Shown here one piece after another: positions 56,683 to 64,000 of a DNA stretch of 64,000 nucleotides (positions within the stretch are counted from its first letter, which is position 1; each line of letters opens with the position of its first letter). The notes under the pieces are model-generated. The model worked only from the letters and a program-made list of their open reading frames with translations. It did no database searches and had not been told where the DNA came from. The stretch lies in contig QPMI01000266.1 of the NCBI GenBank assembly GCA_004431415.1, positions 1 through 64,000 on the forward strand, written 5' to 3'. The translations under genes were made by a program, and so were the position numbers. Origin of the DNA: Cyanophora paradoxa CCMP329 (lineage: Eukaryota; Plantae; Glaucophyta).

Positions 56683-57642
56683 TTAAAAAAAAATATTGTA
56701 GTATACTAAATATATATAATAAAGGAGGATCAAGAAAATAATAAAATCTCGAACAATAATTCTTATTTTGGATGTAATATTTCTAAATACAAAAATTATT
56801 CTATAAGCCTTTAGTTTTTTTTGAACATAATTATTTGGAATATTTTCGTCAAAATATTGAAGATAGAATATAGTGGCCAATATGCATTCAAAAGAACAAG
56901 GTATAAGTAATATCGAAATATATTGACCAGAGAATAAAAACACATGAGAATAAAAAATAAATGTATAAGTAAAAAAATAAAAAATAATCCCATAAAATAA
57001 TTTAATTTCATTTAATTTAAATTCCGATATTAAAACTTTTGTAATATTATCGTTTAATAATAATGATTTAATTAAGAATTGTTCTATTTTTGTGATAGTA
57101 TTAGAAAAAATATAGTTATTAAACTTTTTTTTTATTTTAATATTTCGAAAATACTTTATAATTATATAAGAGAAAAAAAAATTTATATTTTCACTTAAAG
57201 AGATAACAAAAGTTTTAAAATTATATCCGTGACTTTCCGCTATAAAACAAATGCGACACAATATTAGTGGTAAAGTGTCAGTAATAAATGAAATTACAAC
57301 ATTTACAGAAACAAGTTTTATATAATACACAAAAAGTATAGGATGCGTTAAAAAAAGCAATAAAAATTCCATATTGTCCAATACAAAAATTGATTTCCAA
57401 ATTCTAATATTAAACTTTAATTGCGTATCTAAAAACTCTTCATAAATTAATCTAAATTTTTCAATAAAAAATGAATTAAGAATACTTTGCAATGGAGTAA
57501 TAAATAAATAAACAAAGAAAAACTATGAAATCATACCAATAATTAATGTATTTTTACTGAATTTTAGTAATTTTTTTTTATAGCCTTGATTAAAATCTAA
57601 TAAGAATAATACTATTAATAATAAAATTAAAATATGTAACAT
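56683..57642 (-). CDS. Orphan membrane ORF, family B (269 aa open; ~320 aa if one T is restored near 57530)
   Basis: Homology to ORF344 extends upstream to the ATG at 57642. Confidence 0.62.
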
Positions 57643-57737
57643 TATTTTTTAGAAACTATCCCGATGACTAGTCGTCTTCTTTGAAATTTTCTGACTTATG
57701 TTCAGCATTTGTACCATACTTTTGTTGACTTTGTTCA

Positions 57738-57941
57738 TCATGTTGGCCTGTACAAATTTGTTAAACTTTCTTTAATTAAAGTGGCTGCAGATCCCAATGA
57801 TTTTGCCGAAACACCATCAGGATAATTACGAGAAATTAATAAATTATAATATGTTATTTTCTTAGTTTTAGATTGAATATTTAAATTTAAAGTGCTCGGA
57901 AATGAATTACAAGAATTACTAAAAGTACGTATATACGGCAT
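57738..57941 (-). CDS. Small orphan ORF (67 aa) directly after cob
   Basis: ATG 3 nt after the cob stop. Confidence 0.3.
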   Translation of the reverse strand: MPYIRTFSNSCNSFPSTLNLNIQSKTKKITYYNLLISRNYPDGVSAKSLGSAATLIKESLTNLYRPT

Positions 57942-57944
57942 GTT

Positions 57945-59156
57945 TTATTTTTTGTTTGAGTTATTGTTATTAAATATATAATTTTCCATAATACCAGAAA
58001 TAGGCAAATAAACTAAAAAAAATCCAAAATAAACTAATGTTGCTAATTGTCCAATTTGAATATATGGATATTCAACGACATTTCCACCAATCCAACCTAA
58101 AATCATACAATTTATAAAAAGAATCCAAAATGATTTTTTATAAGAAGATCGGAAAATAGAACTACGCACTTTTCCAAAATATAAATATGGTAACATAAAT
58201 AATACAATAATTGCTGAAAACATTGCGATTACACCGCCTAATTTATCTGGAATTGATCTTAATATAGCATAAAAAGGTAAAAAATACCATTCTGGTACAA
58301 TATGCGCAGGCGTTACCATAGGATTAGCCTCAATATAATTATCAGGATGTCCTAATAAATTAGGCGCGTAATAAACAAATCCAGAAAATATAATACCAAA
58401 AATAATCCACCCAACTAAATCTTTTAAATAAAAATATGGATAAAAACTTATTTTATCAATACCAATCATAATACCCAATGGGTTATTTGAACCGTGTTGA
58501 TGAAGTGCAATCATATGTAAAAAGGCCAGTGCAGCAATTATAAACGGTAATAAATAATGTAAACTAAAAAAACGATTTAATGTAGCATTGTCCACAGAAA
58601 AACCGCCCCAAAGCCAGTAAACAATACTGTCACCAACTAATGGTATTGCGGAAAATAAATTTGTAATAACTGTTGCCCCCCAAAAACTCATTTGTCCCCA
58701 AGGTAATACATAACCCATAAAAGCGGTTGCCATCATTAATAAAAAAATAGCTACACCAACAATCCAAAGTTGTTGACGAGGTGCTATAAATGATCCGTAA
58801 TATAGACCACGAAACATATGTATATAAATAACAATAAAAAACATAGAAGCCCCATTCGCATGTACATAACGTAAAAGCCAACCCCCAACAACATCACGCA
58901 TAATATGCTCTACACTAATAAATGCAAGATCCACCTGAGGTGTATAATGCATTGCTAACAAGATTCCAGTAATTATTTGAATCCCTAAACAAATAGCTGC
59001 AATTGAACCAAAACCCCAAAAATATGTTAAATTTGAGGGTGTTGGGTAATCAATTAAGTGCTGTTTAAATATAGAAAAAATTGGATAATTAATTAATCTT
59101 AATCCTGAGTTATTAAAAAAATTTGTATACAATAGATTATAATTATTTATTTTCAT
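57945..59156 (-). CDS. cob: Apocytochrome b
   Basis: [31 protein letters not shown]. Confidence 0.99.
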   Translation of the reverse strand: MKINNYNLLYTNFFNNSGLRLINYPIFSIFKQHLIDYPTPSNLTYFWGFGSIAAICLGIQIITGILLAMHYTPQVDLAFISVEHIMRDVVGGWLLRYVHANGASMFFIVIYIHMFRGLYYGSFIAPRQQLWIVGVAIFLLMMATAFMGYVLPWGQMSFWGATVITNLFSAIPLVGDSIVYWLWGGFSVDNATLNRFFSLHYLLPFIIAALAFLHMIALHQHGSNNPLGIMIGIDKISFYPYFYLKDLVGWIIFGIIFSGFVYYAPNLLGHPDNYIEANPMVTPAHIVPEWYFLPFYAILRSIPDKLGGVIAMFSAIIVLFMLPYLYFGKVRSSIFRSSYKKSFWILFINCMILGWIGGNVVEYPYIQIGQLATLVYFGFFLVYLPISGIMENYIFNNNNSNKK

Positions 59157-59190
59157 AGTTAATACTTTAAATATTAATTAGATACTGATA

Positions 59191-59262
59191 CTTCCTAGAT
59201 AAGATTTGAACTTATAACATTGCGGTTAACAGCCGCACGCTCTACCATTAAGCTACTAGGAA
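59191..59262 (-). tRNA. trnN: tRNA-Asn(GUU)
   Basis: As 7676..7747. Confidence 0.93.
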
Positions 59263-59287
59263 ATCATCATAAAACGAAATGTTTATA

Positions 59288-59563
59288 TTAAACTATTATA
59301 AATATATATCCTGTATATATACTTAATATTGAAAAGATAAAAATACATTTTAATGCAAAATCAAACATAAGTCGAAGAATAATATTTTGATAATAATCTT
59401 CAAGTGTTGAATAAATCCCCAGTTCAATATGAACAAATAGCATAAAAAAAATAACAATTAATATATTCATATTTGACATTAATGGACTTAATATAAACAA
59501 TGATGTTATTTTTTGAGTATACCATTCTTGTTTGCCTAATTTTATTCTGTTTAATAAATTCAT
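59288..59563 (-). CDS. sdh4: Succinate dehydrogenase subunit 4
   Basis: W.TQKITS, H..LG...LEDY. Confidence 0.85.
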   Translation of the reverse strand: MNLLNRIKLGKQEWYTQKITSLFILSPLMSNMNILIVIFFMLFVHIELGIYSTLEDYYQNIILRLMFDFALKCIFIFSILSIYTGYIFIIV

Positions 59564-59725
59564 TATATTTTAATTGGTTCTTTATCTATATTTTAATATA
59601 ATTATACTTATTTATTAAGCTTTTTTTTTGATTTTTTTTTCCAGATTGAATTATTAAATAAATCATTAATTGTTACGAATATATAAGAGTATTGTATATT
59701 TGTAAAAGGTAAAAAAACAGAGCTA

Positions 59726-60214
59726 TTATTTGAAGTAATGACTCGAAGGTACTTTAATGCAATATGATATTTTTTTTTCATTTTTTTTAATATTATTTAA
59801 TACATATGAATTTTGAAAAAAATAATTACTTGTTTTATTACTTATAGTCTTATAGTCAAACATAGTTTCTAAATTATTAAAAAATTCAAAAAACAAAATA
59901 CTATCAACTAATTTATCACGTTTTTTTAATAATTTTTTTTGTGTATATGAGTTTATTATTGGGTATATATTATGTATTCTTAATATTTTGAATCGTTTTT
60001 TTATTTTCAATATTTTAATCTTTTTTCTTAAACCCAAATATAGAATTGAGTTATTTTTATATTTTATTATTTTAAAGTTTTCTATCGTAAAACCTGTTAT
60101 TTTTTTATAATTTAAAAGTCTATTATTTTGATTTTTATTAGTGTTAAAAAATAAAAAATATTTATTTTTTAAAAAAAAGAAAGAATTTAAATTTTTAAAA
60201 AATGAAAACAACAT
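59726..60214 (-). CDS. rps2: Probable divergent ribosomal protein S2
   Basis: As 8208..8696. Confidence 0.45.
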   Translation of the reverse strand: MLFSFFKNLNSFFFLKNKYFLFFNTNKNQNNRLLNYKKITGFTIENFKIIKYKNNSILYLGLRKKIKILKIKKRFKILRIHNIYPIINSYTQKKLLKKRDKLVDSILFFEFFNNLETMFDYKTISNKTSNYFFQNSYVLNNIKKNEKKISYCIKVPSSHYFK

Positions 60215-60222
60215 ATATTATT

Positions 60223-60594
60223 TTATTCCCATTCTAGTGCACCTTTAAGCCATTCATAAATGAAACCAATTGTCAAAATAATTAAAAAAATAAACATTGA
60301 TGTAAATCCAATTATAGTAGTTTGTTGTAAGGTTAACGCCCAGGGAAATAAAAAAACTACTTCCAAATCAAAAATAATAAATAAAATCGAAACTAAATAA
60401 AAACGAATATCGAATGTGCTTCGAGCATCTTCAAAAGGATTAAAACCACATTCATATGCAGAAACTTTTTCACTATCTGTTTTTTGCAATGCTATAAAGT
60501 ATGAAGCACCAAAGATAATACATGCAAGTATAAAACTAACTATAAAAAAAAGAAATAAATCAAAATACTGATTATATAATATTACAATATTCAT
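60223..60594 (-). CDS. nad3: NADH dehydrogenase subunit 3
   Basis: [31 protein letters not shown]. Confidence 0.98.
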   Translation of the reverse strand: MNIVILYNQYFDLFLFFIVSFILACIIFGASYFIALQKTDSEKVSAYECGFNPFEDARSTFDIRFYLVSILFIIFDLEVVFLFPWALTLQQTTIIGFTSMFIFLIILTIGFIYEWLKGALEWE

Positions 60595-60608
60595 AATTTG
60601 TCAAAAAA

Positions 60609-60680
60609 CAAGGGCAAAAGGAATTGAACCCTTATTCTTAATTTTGGAGACTAATGTTTTACCAATTAAACTATACCCTT
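60609..60680 (-). tRNA. trnW: tRNA-Trp(CCA)
   Basis: Anticodon CCA. Confidence 0.92.
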
Positions 60681-60741
60681 ATTAATAAATGAAATATAAT
60701 AACATAATTTATATTATAATGCTCTACGTATTTAATACAAT

Positions 60742-60815
60742 CGGGAAAGACGGGACTCGAACCCGCGGCTAATGGCGTGACAGACCACTACTCTAACCAA
60801 CTGAGTTACTTCCCC
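60742..60815 (-). tRNA. trnD: tRNA-Asp(GUC)
   Basis: Anticodon GTC. Confidence 0.93.
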
Positions 60816-60848
60816 AATATGTAAGTGCAATATTTATATCTGTATTAA

Positions 60849-60921
60849 TAGATGATAACGGATTTGAACCGCTAACCTATTCGGTGTAAACGAACCGCTC
60901 TGCCAATTGAGCTAATCATCT
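60849..60921 (-). tRNA. trnV: tRNA-Val(UAC)
   Basis: Anticodon TAC. Confidence 0.92.
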
Positions 60922-60951
60922 TATGTTCGTTGGAATATAAAATATTTTATT

Positions 60952-61023
60952 TACTCTCTGACAGATTTGAACTGACGTTTTCACCTCGAAAAGGTGAAGT
61001 CCTAACCCCTAGACGAAGAGAGC
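60952..61023 (-). tRNA. trnE: tRNA-Glu(UUC)
   Basis: Anticodon TTC. Confidence 0.93.
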
Positions 61024-61030
61024 AAATATA

Positions 61031-61693
61031 TTAAACTGTTTTAATTGTTGTTTGAAAATTGCGATTAATTTGTTTATTTAAATCTTGTTTTTTAACATTA
61101 ATTTTTTTATGTAAAGTTAATACAATTGCACCAATAAGACTAACAAGTAAAATTAATGCAGAAAGTAAAAAATAATACGCATATTGAGTATAAACTATAA
61201 AAAATTGATGCGAATTTGTAATATAATTGAACGAATTTATATTATAAAATAAATTATTTAATTGAATACTATAATTATTTAAAAATAATATTAATTTTTC
61301 TGAATCATTAAAGGTTAAAATTTCAGATAAATTAATAAAAGAATTATGCGGTATATTAATATAAATTAATGAGAATAATAATGTTATAAAAAAAACTTGA
61401 GCTCCAAGAATTATTTTATTTTTGAATTGATTTATTTTAATATTTAACATCATTATTACAAATAAAAATAAAATTGCAATAGCACCTAAATAAACAACTA
61501 AAAATAACATTGCTAAAAATTCAGCACCTAACATAATCAAAAGACCTGCTGCATTAAAAAATACTAGTATTAAATAAAAAACTGAATAGATTGAACTATT
61601 TGTAGTAATCGCAATAAAGCTACTAATAATTGCACCTAAAGAAAATAAAAAAAAAAATAAATATGATGAAATTATTAACTCCGGTGTATACAT
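61031..61693 (-). CDS. nad6: NADH dehydrogenase subunit 6
   Basis: AEFLAM...VYLGAIAILFLFVIMML, LLVSLIGAIVLT; start placed at MYTPE because the longer ORF begins inside trnS. Confidence 0.95.
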   Translation of the reverse strand: MYTPELIISSYLFFFLFSLGAIISSFIAITTNSSIYSVFYLILVFFNAAGLLIMLGAEFLAMLFLVVYLGAIAILFLFVIMMLNIKINQFKNKIILGAQVFFITLLFSLIYINIPHNSFINLSEILTFNDSEKLILFLNNYSIQLNNLFYNINSFNYITNSHQFFIVYTQYAYYFLLSALILLVSLIGAIVLTLHKKINVKKQDLNKQINRNFQTTIKTV

Positions 61694-61746
61694 TAAATGA
61701 TTATAATATAAATAATAAATACATAAAATTATTAAATTACATCCAA

Positions 61747-61830
61747 AGGATGGAATGGGATTCGAACCCATGGCATTGTGTATGCGCTAGTTTTCAAGAC
61801 TAGTACTTTAAACCGCTCAGACATCCATCC
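61747..61830 (-). tRNA. trnS: tRNA-Ser(UGA)
   Basis: Anticodon TGA. Confidence 0.93.
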
Positions 61831-61836
61831 TATAAT

Positions 61837-62382
61837 TTAATTATTAATTTTGTTTTTATTTAAAATAGTAATAAAATGAAAAAATGAATACGTATTAAAA
61901 TTGAGTATTTGAATTAGATATATAGTATGAAAACAAAGTAGATTTATTAATATTTGTTGATTAGTTTTATTTATTATATTATCCAAATAAAATTCATTTA
62001 AATAAATATATCTTAAATTGTTTTTTAATATTGTATTTTTTACTAATATTTGATTTTTTTGTAAATAATACTTCAAATCATTATAATTAGCAAAAGTAAT
62101 ATATTGATTTACGCCAACAAAAGTATTTTTTAAAAAACAAGTTTTTTTTGAAAATTGAATTTTCATTTTTGTATTTTTAGATGTATTTAACTTAAAACTA
62201 TTTTTTTTTAAATTAAATGGTTTAAATTTTTCCGTCATTATTAGATCCGTTATCGAAGAATACTTATATATAAAATTTTTTTGATTATTTAAACCAGTGT
62301 TTAAATTATTTAAAAAAATAATATATTTATTTTTAAATAATTTTTTAGAATTATAAAAATTTTTTTTTTTATTTACCAACAT
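61837..62382 (-). CDS. rpl10: 181-aa ORF, possibly a divergent ribosomal protein L10
   Basis: As 10303..10848. Confidence 0.4.
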   Translation of the reverse strand: MLVNKKKNFYNSKKLFKNKYIIFLNNLNTGLNNQKNFIYKYSSITDLIMTEKFKPFNLKKNSFKLNTSKNTKMKIQFSKKTCFLKNTFVGVNQYITFANYNDLKYYLQKNQILVKNTILKNNLRYIYLNEFYLDNIINKTNQQILINLLCFHTIYLIQILNFNTYSFFHFITILNKNKINN

Positions 62383-62406
62383 ATTTTATAATAATTTTTT
62401 TAAATT

Positions 62407-62479
62407 TGTTTAGAAGTGGAATCGAACCACTGACCCAAAAATTTTCAGTCTTTTGCTCTACCAACTGAGCTATCTAAAC
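62407..62479 (-). tRNA. trnF: tRNA-Phe(GAA)
   Basis: Anticodon GAA. Confidence 0.93.
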
Positions 62480-62487
62480 AGTGGTTA

Positions 62488-62520
<33 letters not shown>

Positions 62521-62561
62521 TATAAAAATTTATGGAGCGTTTAATTACAAATATTTCAAAT

Positions 62562-62634
62562 TAGCGAAAGTAGGATTTGAACCTACGCCACGAGGAGTAT
62601 GATTCCACTGTTATAGCCGCTAAACTATTCCGCC
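62562..62634 (-). tRNA. trnM: tRNA-Met(CAU), probably elongator
   Basis: As 11026..11098. Confidence 0.8.
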
Positions 62635-62657
62635 AAAATATATGCAATGTCTATATA

Positions 62658-63242
62658 TTAATTTTTTTTTTTTCCTGGTTTTATTTTTATAACGTCTGTT
62701 GTAAATAGAATACCTTTCCCAGAATAAATTTCAGGTATTTTTAAAAATTGAATTTTTTTTGAAAAATTTGTAACAGTTTGTTTATTATTACCTTGAATTA
62801 TTATTTTATTTTTTTTTCTACACGAAACGGTTAATTCATTTGGTATTTTAATATACAATTTATGACTAAAACCTAATTTAAATTTTAAAAAGAAAATATT
62901 ATTTTTTTTAATTAAAAATTTAAAAACGCGAAAACCTAAACCATTTAACTTCAATACTTTTTTATAAATTTGTTTATTTTTTATTAAGAATTTATTAATA
63001 AATGAAGAATTTTTTTTATTTAATAATTTTTTAGATAAAAATCGTAATCTGCCGGTTAATTGGTTAAATTGAGTTTTTAATAAATTAAAATATCCCAATG
63101 TTTTTTTATATAAAATGTCCCCTTTTCCATAATTTTGTTGTTTTTTTATTAAAATAACATGTCTATTTTTAAAAATGAAATATTTTGTTAATAAATTGTT
63201 TTTTAAATAATATTTAGTTAATATATTCATTGTATACAACAA
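62658..63242 (-). CDS. rpl6: Ribosomal protein L6
   Basis: As 11122..11706. Confidence 0.92.
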   Translation of the reverse strand: MLYTMNILTKYYLKNNLLTKYFIFKNRHVILIKKQQNYGKGDILYKKTLGYFNLLKTQFNQLTGRLRFLSKKLLNKKNSSFINKFLIKNKQIYKKVLKLNGLGFRVFKFLIKKNNIFFLKFKLGFSHKLYIKIPNELTVSCRKKNKIIIQGNNKQTVTNFSKKIQFLKIPEIYSGKGILFTTDVIKIKPGKKKN

Positions 63243-63247
63243 ATTTC

Positions 63248-63547
63248 TTAATAATTGTGACGAACTACACCAATGATTTTACCATTAGAGGATAATTCTT
63301 TAAAAATTATGCGTGATAAATTGTATAAAGATAATGAACCACGGCTTCTTCCGGAAATAGAGCAACATTTAATTATATTAATGGATGTACCTTTTTTTAA
63401 GATTTTAGAAAATTTTTTTAATATATATAATCTTTCTTTATTTGTTAAATTTTGAGATCGCAATAAAAATAATAAAATTCTTCTTTTTATTTCAAATTTT
63501 ACAGTGTTATATCGACGAATTTTATTTTTATAAATATTTATTTTCAT
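63248..63547 (-). CDS. rps14: Ribosomal protein S14
   Basis: As 11712..12011. Confidence 0.93.
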   Translation of the reverse strand: MKINIYKNKIRRYNTVKFEIKRRILLFLLRSQNLTNKERLYILKKFSKILKKGTSINIIKCCSISGRSRGSLSLYNLSRIIFKELSSNGKIIGVVRHNY

Positions 63548-63555
63548 ATATCGTA

Positions 63556-64000
63556 TTATTGAGCAATTGGGAATTGTATAGAACTTAAATAAAGTAATAT
63601 ATTCTGATTGTTTATGTTTTGATATTTTACAAAATTAATAAAAACATTAATTCCAAAATTCATGTCAATTTTGGAATATTGATTCTCAATATCTTCAAAG
63701 GGGATTATAGAATTTAAACCAAAAGCGAAATTTATGTTATTTTGATTTAATTTATATTTATATAAATTTAATGCTTTTACTTTAGGAAAATATAAATAAA
63801 TTAATTTATCTAAAAAAATTAATGCATATTTGTTTCTTAATGTAGTTTTACAACCTAAAACCTGCTTTTTTCGTAATTGATATGCAGAAATAGCATTCTT
63901 TGAAATAGAGAAAACAGGCCTCTGAAATGACATAAGTTCAAAACACCCATATAAAGGATACAATAATGTTTGATCGTGTACTAATTTTTTTTGACTAGAC
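63556..64000 (-). CDS. rpl5: Ribosomal protein L5, cut by the window edge
   Basis: As 12020..12464. Confidence 0.88.
   Translation of the reverse strand, partial: SSQKKLVHDQTLLYPLYGCFELMSFQRPVFSISKNAISAYQLRKKQVLGCKTTLRNKYALIFLDKLIYLYFPKVKALNLYKYKLNQNNINFAFGLNSIIPFEDIENQYSKIDMNFGINVFINFVKYQNINNQNILLYLSSIQFPIAQ

Larger units (their letters stand above)
51394..64000. repeat. Terminal redundancy, copy 2 (better quality), of 1..12464
   Basis: Genes intact here that are frameshifted in copy 1. Confidence 0.95.

Noticed and set aside
56683-57492. Assigning family B or ORF535 to tatC or ccmF
   Set aside because: No TatC signature or WGG.W.WD heme-handling motif is visible; left as orphans pending profile search

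Overview
AT-rich, intron-less protist mitochondrial genome read in the standard genetic code. The unit is about 51.5 kb and circular-mapping: 51394..64000 re-reads 1..~12464, and the first copy is full of homopolymer deletions typical of an untrimmed long-read contig. It encodes cox1-3, cob, nad1-7/4L/9, a C-terminal-only nad11, atp4/6/8/9, sdh3/4, about 15 ribosomal proteins, rns, rnl, rrn5 and a tRNA set lacking only Thr. Size and gene set fit a glaucophyte such as Cyanophora (inference from recalled gene content, not searched). The accessory region 31.1-46.1 kb is built from duplicated pieces of the cob-nad4L-trnS-nad7-cox2 block, plus a 5.2 kb direct repeat (orphan ORF, nad9, cox3, trnR, trnM, rns) whose two copies are decaying reciprocally. 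In this region the core-gene copies are pseudogenes, but three families of orphan ORFs stay open and carry N-terminal leaders taken from cob, cox2 or each other. Other notable items are an rrn5 locus that can fold in a circularly permuted form and a ~210 nt, ~51% GC structured island just upstream of rnl.
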